Under the pieces are notes generated by a model. It worked only from the letters and a program-made list of their open reading frames with translations. It had not been told where the DNA came from and ran no database searches. The position numbers and the translations under genes were made by a program. Shown piece after piece: positions 29,699-39,619 of a DNA stretch of 64,000 bases; position 1 is the stretch's first letter, and each line of letters begins with the position of its first letter. This DNA comes from Sporomusaceae bacterium (GTDB taxonomy: Bacteria > Bacillota > Negativicutes > Acidaminococcales > JAJUGR01), in the NCBI GenBank assembly GCA_029265905.1, contig JAJUGR010000010.1, forward strand, positions 10,791 to 74,790, read 5' to 3'.

Positions 29699-30352
29699 AT
29701 GCTGTTGAAGAAGATGATGCTTGCATCTCGCGCGACGGTTGATCGCCTGCCGATTTATTACCGCTCGCTGAAGGAAGCTATGCAGGAAGGGATCGAGATC
29801 ATCTCCTCGGAAGAACTCGGGCGTCGCATTGGTGTGACGCCCGAGCAAATCCGCAAGGATCTCTCATCCTTCGGCGAATTTGGGAAAAAAGGCGTAGGGT
29901 ACTACGTAAGCGAGCTAAAACGGAATATCGGTGAAATTCTGGGCTTGCATAAGCAATGGAACATTGCTATTGTAGGTACAGGGCATCTGGGATGGGCGCT
30001 CGCGCATTATCGGAATTTTTCCGAGATGGGTTTTTTGATCAAGGCGCTGTTCGATGTCGATCCTGCCAAACAAGGACTGGAAATTGACGGTGTCGCGATT
30101 GAACCGATTAATAAATTAGCCGAAGTGGTGGCGCGCGAACAGATTCACATTGCGATTGTGGCCGTACCAAGCGAGGTAGCCCAAGAAATGACAAATGCCC
30201 TTATCGCTGCGGGCGTGCACGGTATTTGGAATTTTGCTCCAGTCAAACTGGTTGTTCCCGACAACGTTTCGATTGTCAATGCCGATTTGTCCGCCGAACT
30301 GGCGACAATTTCTTATCAACTTGTCCACCGAGACGCAACGCAAAAAGTTTGA
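29699..30352 (+). CDS. rex: Redox-sensing transcriptional repressor Rex
   Basis: The ATG at 29699 lies 10 nt after the hydA stop; the ORF-track start at 29558 overlaps hydA. N-terminus ATVDRLPIYYRSL, then FGEFGKKGVGYYV and Rossmann motif VGTGHLG. Confidence 0.92.
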   Translation: MLLKKMMLASRATVDRLPIYYRSLKEAMQEGIEIISSEELGRRIGVTPEQIRKDLSSFGEFGKKGVGYYVSELKRNIGEILGLHKQWNIAIVGTGHLGWALAHYRNFSEMGFLIKALFDVDPAKQGLEIDGVAIEPINKLAEVVAREQIHIAIVAVPSEVAQEMTNALIAAGVHGIWNFAPVKLVVPDNVSIVNADLSAELATISYQLVHRDATQKV

Positions 30353-30414
30353 AAAAATAAAAAATATTTTTTAATTCCAGCAGGAGATTGCTCCTGCCCG
30401 GCGAATACTAGTAT

Positions 30415-30435
30415 TTGTGATGATAATAACTGAAT
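30415..30435 (+). promoter_or_regulatory. Second copy of the TTGTGA-N6-TAACTGAAT motif (Rex/CRP-like), just downstream of rex
   Basis: TTGTGAtgataaTAACTGAAT here versus TTGTGAaaattcTAACTGAAT at 21313..21333. The left half matches the TGTGA half-site of the Rex operator TGTGA-N6-TCACA. Confidence 0.4.
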
Positions 30436-30439
30436 AGCG

Positions 30440-30670
30440 ATTGATTCTTTAGGGCTTAGGCGAATGCTGAAGTAACAACACTGCTTTCGGCGCAACTCGC
30501 ATTAGGTTGTCATGGACGGGACGGTGGAATGCCTGACTGAAAGTGAAGGTAAAGAACAGGAGCGGTTTGCGATCTGCCGTTAACAAAAGCGGAGGGTGCT
30601 TAGTAGACTGACACGTAGTTTGAGTTAGGTGTGGCAACACACACAACGCATCAGTGTCTCTTTTTTTTGG
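30440..30670 (+). ncRNA. Unclassified structured RNA region (leader, attenuator or small RNA) ending in an imperfect hairpin plus U8
   Basis: About 230 nt with no credible ORF. Contains local hairpins (GTGTG-GCAA-CACAC at 30629..30642) and ends in CAGTGTCTC followed by TTTTTTTT (30661..30668). No known riboswitch signature recognised. Confidence 0.3.
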
Positions 30671-30761
30671 GTAAAAACCCCGTTTGTATGATTAAACAAA
30701 AAACCTACATTTGGGGGTTTTGCTATATCAACGAACCTACATACAGGGAGGCGGGTTATTC

Positions 30762-32270
30762 ATGATTGACATTCGTGATCGCGTCCGAAATGCGGCGCTG
30801 CACGCGAAGATCACTACGGCAGAGCAAGCTGCTGAGTTGATCAAACCAGGCATGAATTTGGGTGTGAGCGGATTTACGCCGGCGGGTTATCCTAAGTGCG
30901 TACCTCTTGCCCTCGCGGAACGCATCAAAAAAGAAAACTTCAAGATCAACCTCTGGACCGGCGCTTCGGTCGGCGACGAACTCGACGGAGCATTGGCCCG
31001 CGTTGGCGGCATCGCACGACGCTTGCCCTACCAAACCAATAAAGACATTCAAAAGGCAGTCAACAATGGTTCCATCGAGTACACCGACTTGCATCTGAGC
31101 CATGTTGCGCAAATGTCCCGTTATGGCTTCTTCGGCGGCAAAGTCGACGTGGCGATCATTGAAGCTTGCGCGATCACCGAAGAGGGGCACATCGTCCCGA
31201 CTACCTCGCTCGGAAACAGCGCTTCCTTCGTTCAAAGCGCTGATCTGGTCATCGTTGAAGTCAACACCAGCCAACCGCTTGCCTTAGAAGGCATGCATGA
31301 CGTCTATGTGCCGCTAGATCCTCCCCACCGCCTGCCTGTGCCGATCGTCAACGTTGATGACCGCATCGGCACGCCGTATATCGTTTGCGGACCGGAAAAA
31401 ATCGCGGCAATCGTTGCTTGCGACATTCCGGACGGCGTTCGCCCGTTAGGCGCGATCGATGACGATGCTCGTGCAATGAGCGCGCATTTGATCGACTTCC
31501 TCAACAAAGAAGTTGCAGCTGGCCGGATGCCGAAAAACCTCCTGCCGCTGCAGTCTGGCGTTGGTTCCGTGGCAAATGCGGTTATCAGCGGGTTGGTCGA
31601 CTCCCCCTATGAAAACCTCACCGTTTTTACCGAAGTTATTCAAGACGGCATGTTCGACTTGATCGATGCCGGCAAACTGGCCTTCGCTTCCGGTACGTCG
31701 CTAACTCCGTCGCCGGACGGCTTGAAACGCCTCTATGCCAATATTGATGAATATCGCAAAAAAATCGTTCTTCGCCCGCAGGAAATTGCCAACAGCCCGG
31801 AAACGGCTCGCCGCTTGGGCATTATTGCAATGAATACGGCGATTGAGTTTGATATTTATGGCCATGTCAATTCGACCCATGTCATGGGCACGAGAATGAT
31901 GAACGGCATCGGCGGTTCCGGTGACTTCGCCCGCAACGGCTACCTGACCTTCTTCTTCACGAATTCCGTGGCAAAAGGCGGCGACATCTCATCGATCGTT
32001 CCGATGTGCTCGCATATCGACCACACCGAGCATGACGTCGACGTTTTCATCACCGAGCAGGGCGTTGCCGACGTCCGCGGCTTGAGCCCGAGAGAACGAG
32101 CCAAAGTCATCATCGAAAACTGCGCGCATCCTGACTACAAGCCGATGCTCCGCGACTACTACGAACGCGCTGTGGCGGCGACGAAAAACGCCCACACGCC
32201 GCACATCCTGAGTGAAGCTTTATCCTTCCATACCCGGTTCCAAGAAACCGGCAGTATGAAGATAAAATAA
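30762..32270 (+). CDS. Acetyl-CoA hydrolase/transferase-family CoA transferase, probable propionyl-CoA:succinate CoA transferase
   Basis: The ATG at 30762 follows GGGAGG. 502 aa with the family pattern [11 protein letters not shown] ... [11 protein letters not shown]. Its position at the head of a methylmalonyl-CoA pathway operon supports the substrate call. Confidence 0.8.
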   Translation: MIDIRDRVRNAALHAKITTAEQAAELIKPGMNLGVSGFTPAGYPKCVPLALAERIKKENFKINLWTGASVGDELDGALARVGGIARRLPYQTNKDIQKAVNNGSIEYTDLHLSHVAQMSRYGFFGGKVDVAIIEACAITEEGHIVPTTSLGNSASFVQSADLVIVEVNTSQPLALEGMHDVYVPLDPPHRLPVPIVNVDDRIGTPYIVCGPEKIAAIVACDIPDGVRPLGAIDDDARAMSAHLIDFLNKEVAAGRMPKNLLPLQSGVGSVANAVISGLVDSPYENLTVFTEVIQDGMFDLIDAGKLAFASGTSLTPSPDGLKRLYANIDEYRKKIVLRPQEIANSPETARRLGIIAMNTAIEFDIYGHVNSTHVMGTRMMNGIGGSGDFARNGYLTFFFTNSVAKGGDISSIVPMCSHIDHTEHDVDVFITEQGVADVRGLSPRERAKVIIENCAHPDYKPMLRDYYERAVAATKNAHTPHILSEALSFHTRFQETGSMKIK

Positions 32271-32287
32271 AAAAGGAGGACTTGAGA

Positions 32288-33934
32288 ATGGCAAACGAAA
32301 GCTTAAAAGCCGGGTTCCAGGCCTACACTGCAAAGGTGGAAAAAAGCCTGGAGAAATTCCCCGAGCGCAAAAACCTGGAGTCTAACAGACTCTACACCCC
32401 ATTAGACATCGAAGGATTCGACTATGAAAAGGATCTTGGCTTCCCCGGCCAATATCCGTTCACCCGCGGTGTGCAACCGACCATGTACCGTGGCCGTTTC
32501 TGGACCATGCGCATGTATGCCGGCTTTGCTACGGCAGAAGAATCCAACAAACGGTATCGCTACCTCTTGGCATCCGGTGGTTCGGGCCTGTCTTGCGCCT
32601 TTGACCTGCCGACCCAAATTGGTTATGACTCCGACCACCCAATGGCGGAAGGTGAAGTTGGTAAAGTCGGCGTAGCAATTGACTCGCTGGCTGATATGGA
32701 AATCTTGTTCGACGGCATCCCCTTGGACAAAGTTTCCACTTCCATGACGATCAACGCGCCTGCTTCCGTTTTGCTGGCGATGTACATTGCAGTTGCTGAA
32801 AAACAAGGCGTTAGCCCCGACAAGTTGGCCGGCACGATTCAAAACGATATTCTGAAAGAGTATGCGGCTCGCGGCACCTACATTTTCCCGCCGAAACCGT
32901 CCATGCGCCTGATCACGAACATCTTTGAATACTGCTCCAAACATGTTCCGAGCTGGAACACGATCTCCATCTCCGGTTACCACATCCGTGAAGCTGGTTC
33001 CACGGCTTCGCAGGAAATCGCGTTCACGATCGCTGACGGCATTGCCTACGTTGAAGCCGCTATTAAAGCAGGCATGGACGTTGACGACTTTGCTGGCCGC
33101 CTCTCCTTCTTCTGGAACGCACACAACAACGTGCTGGAAGAAGTTGCGAAGTTCCGCGCTTCCCGCCGGATCTGGGCGAAAGTCATGAAAGAGCGCTTCA
33201 ATGCGAAGCAAGCTAAATCCCAAATGCTGCGCGTTCACACCCAAACGGCTGGCTCCATGCTGACGGCACAACAACCGGACAATAACATCGTCCGCGTTGC
33301 TTTGCAAACGGCAGCTGCTGTTATGGGCGGCACCCAGTCCTTGCACACGAACTCCAAAGACGAAGCGCTTGCTTTGCCGACGGAAGAATCCGTGCGCATC
33401 GCGCTCCGCACGCAACAAATCGTTGCTTACGAAAGCGGCTTGGCTGATACCGTTGACCCGTTGGCTGGCTCCTACTATGTAGAAGCGCTGACCAACAAAA
33501 TTGAAGCTGAAGCCTGGGAATACATCAAGAAAATTGATGAAATCGGTGGCGCTCCGGCGGCAATCGAAAAAGGCTACATCCAAAAAGAAATCCAAGAGAG
33601 CGCTTACAAATGGCAAATGCAAGTTGAAAAAGGCGAGCGCGTAATCGTCGGCGTCAACAAATTCCAAATCGAAGAACAAGCGCCGAAGAACCTGCTCCGC
33701 GTTGACGCTTCCGTTGGCGAACTGCAAAAGAAAAAGATCGCTGACCTCAAGGCCCGCCGCGACAACGCTAAAGTTGAAGCTGCCTTGGCTGCACTCAAAA
33801 CAGCCTGCGCTGATGAATCCGTCAACCTTATGCCGATCATACTTGACGCAGTCCGCGCTTATGCGACGGAAGGCGAAATCTGCGGCGTAATGCGCGAAGT
33901 ATTCGGCGAATATCAAGCAAGCACCACGCTGTAA
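32288..33934 (+). CDS. Methylmalonyl-CoA mutase, large (substrate-binding TIM-barrel) subunit
   Basis: The ATG at 32288 follows AAAGGAGGA. About 548 aa with [25 protein letters not shown] and [13 protein letters not shown], typical of the MCM catalytic domain without the B12 domain. Confidence 0.92.
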   Translation: MANESLKAGFQAYTAKVEKSLEKFPERKNLESNRLYTPLDIEGFDYEKDLGFPGQYPFTRGVQPTMYRGRFWTMRMYAGFATAEESNKRYRYLLASGGSGLSCAFDLPTQIGYDSDHPMAEGEVGKVGVAIDSLADMEILFDGIPLDKVSTSMTINAPASVLLAMYIAVAEKQGVSPDKLAGTIQNDILKEYAARGTYIFPPKPSMRLITNIFEYCSKHVPSWNTISISGYHIREAGSTASQEIAFTIADGIAYVEAAIKAGMDVDDFAGRLSFFWNAHNNVLEEVAKFRASRRIWAKVMKERFNAKQAKSQMLRVHTQTAGSMLTAQQPDNNIVRVALQTAAAVMGGTQSLHTNSKDEALALPTEESVRIALRTQQIVAYESGLADTVDPLAGSYYVEALTNKIEAEAWEYIKKIDEIGGAPAAIEKGYIQKEIQESAYKWQMQVEKGERVIVGVNKFQIEEQAPKNLLRVDASVGELQKKKIADLKARRDNAKVEAALAALKTACADESVNLMPIILDAVRAYATEGEICGVMREVFGEYQASTTL

Positions 33935-33957
33935 GCAAAGAGATAGGAGGGACAACG

Positions 33958-34350
33958 ATGGAAAAGCGGATTAGAGTATTAGTTGCAAAACCCGGTCTTG
34001 ATGGTCATGACCGTGGCGCTAAAGTTGTGGCCCGCGCTCTTCGCGACGCAGGCTTTGAAGTAATCTACACGGGTATCCGGTTGACGCCGGAACAAATCGT
34101 TGCTGCATCGGTTCAAGAGGACGTAAACGTGGTTGCGCTGAGCTTGCTTTCCGGCGCGCACAATACGCTCTTCCCGAAAGTGGTAGAACAATTGAAGGAA
34201 AAAGGCCTGAATGACATCCTCGTCATCGGCGGCGGCGTTATTCCTGATGCCGACATTCCTTTCTTGAAGGAACATGGTGTTGCCGAAGTGTTCACTCCAG
34301 GCACTCCGACCACAAAGATTGTTGACTTCATCAAGGAAAATGTGAAATAA
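33958..34350 (+). CDS. Methylmalonyl-CoA mutase, small cobalamin-binding subunit
   Basis: 130 aa with B12-binding motif [12 protein letters not shown] (DxHxxG) and a Rossmann-like fold. Confidence 0.92.
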   Translation: MEKRIRVLVAKPGLDGHDRGAKVVARALRDAGFEVIYTGIRLTPEQIVAASVQEDVNVVALSLLSGAHNTLFPKVVEQLKEKGLNDILVIGGGVIPDADIPFLKEHGVAEVFTPGTPTTKIVDFIKENVK

Positions 34351-34433
34351 TAAACAACACGTGGTTCGGCGAGAGGCAACCTCTCGCCGGGCCCCGGCTT
34401 TTGCCGGGCTAACCACGGCAAGGCGGTGATGAC

Positions 34434-35372
34434 TTGGATATAGTGGCAGGCGTATTGAGCGGCTCACGACTAGCTTTATCCCGCGGCATTACATATGTCG
34501 AAAATGAATATGACGAAGCCGTCGATATTATGCGCAAACTTTACCCGCACACCGGTAATGCCTATGTTATCGGTATTACTGGGCCTCCGGGCGCCGGCAA
34601 GAGTACTTTGACTGACAAGTTGGCGAAAGAGTATCGCAAACAGGGAAAACTTGTAGGCATTGTGGCTGTTGATCCTACCAGTCCTTATACAGGCGGCGCA
34701 ATTTTGGGCGACCGCATCCGCATGATGGATTTGACGATGGATGAAGGCGTTTTCATCCGCAGTATGGCTACTCGCGGCAGCCTCGGCGGCTTGTCGCAAA
34801 AGACCGCGGATGTTGTTAAATTGATGGATGCCTTTGGCATGGATATTATCATAATTGAGACAGTTGGTGTCGGCCAATCGGAAGTGGATATTGTCAAAAC
34901 GGCCGATACGACCATGGTGGTCATGGTGCCGGGCTTGGGTGATGACATTCAGGCGATCAAGGCGGGCATTTTAGAAATAGGTGATTTATTCACCATCAAT
35001 AAAGCTGACCGGGACGGCGTTGACAAGCTTAACATCGAACTGGAAATGATGTTGGAGCTGAACCCCAAAGGCGTTGATTGGCGGCCGCCGATCAATCGCA
35101 CAATCGCTGAAAAAGGCGAAGGGGTTGTTGAAGTAGTCAACTCCATCGAGGCGCATGCCGCTTATTTGCGTGAGAGCGGCGAACTGGCCGTCAGGCGCAA
35201 AGACAGGCTTAAGTCAGAATTGTTTACCATGGTGAACGACCGTATTGTCCGCTACATTGCCAAGCAGGTTTTGGAGGCGGAAGGGTTTGAGGAAACCTTG
35301 GTGAACCTTCAGAATCGGGTTATCGACCCATATACGGTTGTTAATAAAATTGTTTCCGATGTTTTAAAATAA
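34434..35372 (+). CDS. meaB: MeaB/ArgK-type G-protein chaperone of methylmalonyl-CoA mutase
   Basis: 312 aa, TTG start, with P-loop [22 protein letters not shown] and NKADR. Confidence 0.9.
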   Translation: MDIVAGVLSGSRLALSRGITYVENEYDEAVDIMRKLYPHTGNAYVIGITGPPGAGKSTLTDKLAKEYRKQGKLVGIVAVDPTSPYTGGAILGDRIRMMDLTMDEGVFIRSMATRGSLGGLSQKTADVVKLMDAFGMDIIIIETVGVGQSEVDIVKTADTTMVVMVPGLGDDIQAIKAGILEIGDLFTINKADRDGVDKLNIELEMMLELNPKGVDWRPPINRTIAEKGEGVVEVVNSIEAHAAYLRESGELAVRRKDRLKSELFTMVNDRIVRYIAKQVLEAEGFEETLVNLQNRVIDPYTVVNKIVSDVLK

Positions 35373-35395
35373 GCCGAAATAAAGGGAGGATTATC

Positions 35396-35803
35396 ATGTT
35401 TAACACACTCAGAGTCGACCACATTGGTATTGCTGTAAAAGATTTGGAGCAAGCCAAAAAATTCTACACCGAAGTTTTGGGCATGGAATGCATGGGCGAG
35501 GAAGTTGTTGAGGAGCAAAAAGTTAAAGTTTGCTTCATTCCTTGCGGCGACAGCGAAGTGGAATTGCTCGAATCCACTTCTCCGGACGGCCCGATTGCCA
35601 AGTACATCGAAAAAAATGGCGAAGGCATCCAACATCTTGCCATCCGCGTTGACGACATCGAAGCGGCTTTGGCTGACCTCAAAGCAAAAGGCGTCCGTCT
35701 GATCGACGAAAAACCGCGTTACGGCGCCGGCGGCGCTTCCATCGCTTTCGTCCATCCGAAAGCAACGGGCGGCATCCTGCTCGAGCTTTCCCAACGCAAA
35801 TAA
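35396..35803 (+). CDS. mce: Methylmalonyl-CoA epimerase (VOC/glyoxalase fold)
   Basis: 135 aa with [10 protein letters not shown] ... [14 protein letters not shown] ... [13 protein letters not shown], typical of the MCE family. Confidence 0.88.
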   Translation: MFNTLRVDHIGIAVKDLEQAKKFYTEVLGMECMGEEVVEEQKVKVCFIPCGDSEVELLESTSPDGPIAKYIEKNGEGIQHLAIRVDDIEAALADLKAKGVRLIDEKPRYGAGGASIAFVHPKATGGILLELSQRK

Positions 35804-35924
35804 GCATTCTTAAAACGCAAAATGCCGAAGGACTTAGCGCTTCGGCATCTTTGCATGTTTAACTTAAATACACCCGTAACGGTGTAGATAAATGTCGCTG
35901 ATATCAGTATGGAGGTGTAAAGTT

Positions 35925-37451
35925 TTGTCTACTCAAAAACGTATTGAGGACATGAAAGCGCGCTCAGCCAAAATTATGGCTGCCGGCGGTCCAAAACGTG
36001 TTGAGAAACAGCATGCGTCAGGCAAGCTGACTGCACGTGAACGTATCGAAAAACTGCTCGATCCAGGTACCTTTGTTGAACTCGATCGCTTCGTCGCCCA
36101 TCGCTGCACCAACTTTGGCATGGACAAAAAAGAGCTGCCGGGTGAAGGCGTTGTTACCGGCTATGGTACTGTTGACGGCCGCTTGGTTTACGTTTTTGCA
36201 CAGGACTTCACGGTTGAAGGCGGCTCGCTTGGCGAAATGCACGCTGCCAAAATCGTTAAAGTGCAACGCCTGGCAATGAAAATGGGTGCGCCTTGCGTCG
36301 GTTTGAACGACTCAGGCGGCGCTCGCATTCAAGAAGCGGTTGACGCACTTGCCGGTTACGGCAAAATCTTCTACGAGAACACCTGTGCTTCCGGTGTTAT
36401 CCCGCAGATTTCGGCGATCATGGGACCGAGCGCCGGCGGCGCTGTATATTCACCGGCCCTGACGGACTTCATCTACATGGTCAAAAAGACCAGCATGATG
36501 TTCATCACCGGTCCGCAGGTTATAAAGTCCGTTACGGCGGAAGAAGTTACTTCCGAGGAACTTGGCGGCGCGATGACGCACAACACCGTTTCCGGCGTAG
36601 CGCATTTCGCAGCGGAAAACGACGAAGATTGCTTGCAGCAAATCCGTCATCTCCTGAGCTTCCTGCCTTCCAACAACATGGAAGAGGCGCCGGTTTACGA
36701 GTGCACTGACGATCCGAACCGCATGGATCCGGAACTCGTCACTTTGATGCCGGACAACCCGAACATGCCTTACGACATGAAGGAAGTTATCGCGCGCTGC
36801 GTCGATAACGGCGAATTCTATGAAGTGCATGCTCACTACGCTCAGAACATCATTACCTGCTTTGCACGCTTTGGTGGCCAAAGCGTCGGTATCATCGCTA
36901 ACCAACCGAAGGTCATGGCCGGCTGCCTCGACGTAAATGCGTCTGACAAATCCGCTCGGTTCATTCGCTTCTGCGATGCCTTCAACATTCCGGTTGTCAA
37001 CTTCGTTGACGTTCCTGGCTTCTTGCCGGGCACGAACCAAGAGTACGGCGGCATTATTCGCCACGGCGCAAAAATGCTCTATGCTTACTCGGAAGCGACT
37101 GTGCCGAAAATTACCGTTATCACCCGTAAAGCTTACGGCGGCTCTTACTTGGCTATGTGCTCCCAAGACTTGGGTGCCGACCAAGTCTTCGCTTGGCCGT
37201 CTGCTGAAATCGCGGTTATGGGACCGGCCGGCGCTGCTAACATCATCTTTAAAAACGACCCGAACCAGCAGGAAAAAACCGACAAGTACGTCGAGGATTT
37301 TGCTACGCCGTACAAGGCGGCTGAACGCGGCTTCGTAGACATCGTCATAGAACCGCAGGAAACCCGCCCGCGCATCATCACCGCCCTCAACATGCTGGCT
37401 AGCAAGCGCGAAGTTCGTCCTGCCAAGAAACATGGTAATATTCCGCTATAA
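35925..37451 (+). CDS. mmdA: Methylmalonyl-CoA decarboxylase alpha subunit (carboxyltransferase)
   Basis: TTG at 35925 follows GGAGGTG; the ORF-track start is 35892 and the true start is uncertain. Carboxyl-transferase domain with [18 protein letters not shown] and [12 protein letters not shown]. Confidence 0.9.
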   Translation: MSTQKRIEDMKARSAKIMAAGGPKRVEKQHASGKLTARERIEKLLDPGTFVELDRFVAHRCTNFGMDKKELPGEGVVTGYGTVDGRLVYVFAQDFTVEGGSLGEMHAAKIVKVQRLAMKMGAPCVGLNDSGGARIQEAVDALAGYGKIFYENTCASGVIPQISAIMGPSAGGAVYSPALTDFIYMVKKTSMMFITGPQVIKSVTAEEVTSEELGGAMTHNTVSGVAHFAAENDEDCLQQIRHLLSFLPSNNMEEAPVYECTDDPNRMDPELVTLMPDNPNMPYDMKEVIARCVDNGEFYEVHAHYAQNIITCFARFGGQSVGIIANQPKVMAGCLDVNASDKSARFIRFCDAFNIPVVNFVDVPGFLPGTNQEYGGIIRHGAKMLYAYSEATVPKITVITRKAYGGSYLAMCSQDLGADQVFAWPSAEIAVMGPAGAANIIFKNDPNQQEKTDKYVEDFATPYKAAERGFVDIVIEPQETRPRIITALNMLASKREVRPAKKHGNIPL

Positions 37452-37470
37452 CCCAGAGAAAGGGGAATGA

Positions 37471-37809
37471 ATGATGGGTTTCTTTTCTTCATTGTTCGGT
37501 GGCGGAAAAAAGGCTGAGGCTCCTAAAAAAGAGAAGGCTGTTCCCGCTGCTGCACCGGTTGCTACAGAAGCGCCGGCCGGAGCAAGCGTTGTCGCGGCTG
37601 ACGGCGTTCCGCCGGAAGTTGTTGCCGCTATTAGCGCCAGCATCAACGCGATTATGAATGATGACGCTGAGATGATCGCCGCCGTTACAGCAGCAATCAT
37701 CCATGCGCAAGGCGGCGCTGGAGTCCGTGCGATCAGCATCAAACGCACGGGCAATCCTTGGGCTGCGGCCGGTCGAACCAAAATTATGGATAGCCGGCAA
37801 ATGTTCTAA
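37471..37809 (+). CDS. mmdD: Small Ala/Pro-rich subunit, MmdD/OadG-like, of the Na+-translocating decarboxylase
   Basis: 112 aa with an N-terminal hydrophobic stretch, an Ala/Pro-rich linker and a conserved tail (NPWAAAGR). Sits between the carboxyltransferase and the biotin carrier. Confidence 0.6.
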   Translation: MMGFFSSLFGGGKKAEAPKKEKAVPAAAPVATEAPAGASVVAADGVPPEVVAAISASINAIMNDDAEMIAAVTAAIIHAQGGAGVRAISIKRTGNPWAAAGRTKIMDSRQMF

Positions 37810-37926
37810 ACGACCGCAAGGTTCAAATTTCGTTTCGGTATACAATCCGTTGACACCTGACATGTGGCAGGCTATGATGGGTTGTGCGAAAAATATTCAC
37901 CAGAATTGAATGGAGGAAAAATAACA

Positions 37927-38349
37927 ATGAGAAAGTTCAAAGTCAATGTCAATGGTGTATCCTACAATGTTGAAGTTGCTGAAGAAGGCGTTGTTGCTGT
38001 AGCTCCGGCTGCTGCTCCTGCTGCCGCTCCGGCTCCGGCTCCGGTTGCTGCTGCTCCTGTCGCTGCTCCGGCTCCCGCTGCCGCTCCGGCTCCTGCTGCT
38101 GCTCCGGCCGCTGCTGCTGTTGAAGCTAAAGCTGGTGAAACCGCTCTGACCGCTCCGATGCCGGGCAAAGTCAGCAAAATCGTCGCTAAAGTCGGCGACA
38201 CGGTGAAAAAAGGCGACGTTGTTCTCCTTCTCGAAGCTATGAAAATGCAAAACGAAATCGCTGCTCCTGTTGCCGGTACGGTTAAAGCTATCAACGTAGC
38301 TGCTGGCGAAAACGTAAAACCTGGCCAAACCATGGCTGTTATCGGCTAA
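37927..38349 (+). CDS. mmdC: Biotin carboxyl carrier subunit of methylmalonyl-CoA decarboxylase
   Basis: The ATG at 37927 follows GGAGGAAAA. An Ala/Pro linker, then a biotinyl domain with EAMKMQNEI. Confidence 0.9.
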   Translation: MRKFKVNVNGVSYNVEVAEEGVVAVAPAAAPAAAPAPAPVAAAPVAAPAPAAAPAPAAAPAAAAVEAKAGETALTAPMPGKVSKIVAKVGDTVKKGDVVLLLEAMKMQNEIAAPVAGTVKAINVAAGENVKPGQTMAVIG

Positions 38350-38443
38350 TAAGCCACTGTTGTCGGCAGCGCCGCTTTAGACTGGCGCTGCCGGCATATT
38401 AAGCAAAGGTTCTCGATTAAGCATTAGGAGGTTACAGAAAAAC

Positions 38444-39601
38444 ATGGAAGCATTGTTAATGCAGTATCCCTGGTTAGACGAGCTCCTCATGGGCTTCCTC
38501 GGTCTTTCCTTTAAACATGTCGTCATGTGGGGCATCGGCGCCTTGCTGATTTTCCTGGCCGTTAAATACGACTACGAGCCGGCTCTGCTTCTGCCGATCG
38601 GCTTTGGTGCTGTTTTGGCCAACATTCCGCACTCTTCCGCAACTTCGACGCACCCGGGTGAAGAAGGCTTCTTGATCGTTCTTTATCAAGCGGGTATTGC
38701 CAACGAGTTGTTCCCAGTCCTTATCTTCGTTGCGATTGGCGCGATGTGCGACTTTGCGCCGCTGATTCGCCGCCCGTCGGTTATGCTGTTTGCTGCCGCC
38801 GCTCAGTTCGGCATTTTTGCCACCGCGGTTGGCGCGACTCTCTTGGGCTTCTCCTTTGAACATGCTGCTTCGATCGGCATCATCGGTGCCGCTGACGGCC
38901 CGACGACGATCTATGTTGCCAGCCGCTTTGCGGTAGAGCTCTTAGGACCTTTGTCAGTTGCCGCTTACTGCTACATGTCTCTCGTGCCGGTTATCCAACC
39001 GCCGGTTATCAAAGCGGTTACGACTGAAAATGAACGCAAAATCAAAATGGGCTTCATGGGCGAGGAACCGGTTTCCCAAACCACGAAGTTCCTGTTCCCG
39101 ATCATGATCGTTCTGATCGCGGGTATCGTGGCGCCGATTTCTGTTGCGCTGATCGGTTCCTTGATGTTCGGCAACATCCTGAAAGAATCCGGTGTTGTTG
39201 AAAACCTGTCGAACTGCGCGCAAAACGAATTGGCTAACCTGGTTACCTTGGTACTCGGCATCACCATCGGCGGCACGATGACCGCTGAACGTTTCTTGAA
39301 CTTCGAAGTGCTCTTGATCATGGCGCTCGGCGCTGTTGCCTTCGTGTTCGATACGATTGGCGGCGTCTTGTTCGCCAAACTTCTGAACATGTTCAGCACG
39401 ACGAAAATCAACCCGATGATCGGCGCTTGCGGCATTTCCGCATTCCCGATGTCCGGCCGCGTTATTGCTAAAATGGCGCTCAAAGAAGATCCGACCAACT
39501 TCATCATCCAGCACGCGATCGGCGTTAACGTTGCCGGTCAGGTTGCCTCGGTTGTTGCCGGCGGTCTGGTGTTGGCTCTGATCCCTGCTTTGGCGAAATA
39601 A
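38444..39601 (+). CDS. mmdB: Na+-translocating decarboxylase beta subunit (OadB/MmdB/GcdB family)
   Basis: 385 aa polytopic membrane protein with family motifs IGIIGAADGPT and CGISAFPMSGR. Confidence 0.9.
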   Translation: MEALLMQYPWLDELLMGFLGLSFKHVVMWGIGALLIFLAVKYDYEPALLLPIGFGAVLANIPHSSATSTHPGEEGFLIVLYQAGIANELFPVLIFVAIGAMCDFAPLIRRPSVMLFAAAAQFGIFATAVGATLLGFSFEHAASIGIIGAADGPTTIYVASRFAVELLGPLSVAAYCYMSLVPVIQPPVIKAVTTENERKIKMGFMGEEPVSQTTKFLFPIMIVLIAGIVAPISVALIGSLMFGNILKESGVVENLSNCAQNELANLVTLVLGITIGGTMTAERFLNFEVLLIMALGAVAFVFDTIGGVLFAKLLNMFSTTKINPMIGACGISAFPMSGRVIAKMALKEDPTNFIIQHAIGVNVAGQVASVVAGGLVLALIPALAK

Positions 39602-39619
39602 ATTGGAGGTGTGCTCATA

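Noticed and set aside
30440-30670. Considered a cobalamin riboswitch, because the operon encodes a B12-dependent mutase
   Set aside because: I could not find a B12-box-like element or the conserved GGGAA/GGUG core. B12 riboswitches usually control cobalamin supply genes rather than mutases. The region is kept only as an unclassified structured RNA.
37446-37863. Minus-strand ORFs of 111 and 124 aa overlapping the mmdD-like gene, and a plus-strand ORF at 37703..37909
   Set aside because: These are Ala/Gly/Pro-rich mirror frames of an Ala-rich gene with no translation signals. The sense gene has an RBS (AAGGGGA) and sits in conserved operon context.
38001-38118. Repetitive GCTGCTCCGGCT-like units that look like a tandem repeat or minisatellite
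   Set aside because: They lie in-frame inside mmdC and encode the Ala/Pro-rich flexible linker that normally precedes a biotinyl domain. There is no spacer/repeat architecture, so this is not a CRISPR array or a mobile repeat.
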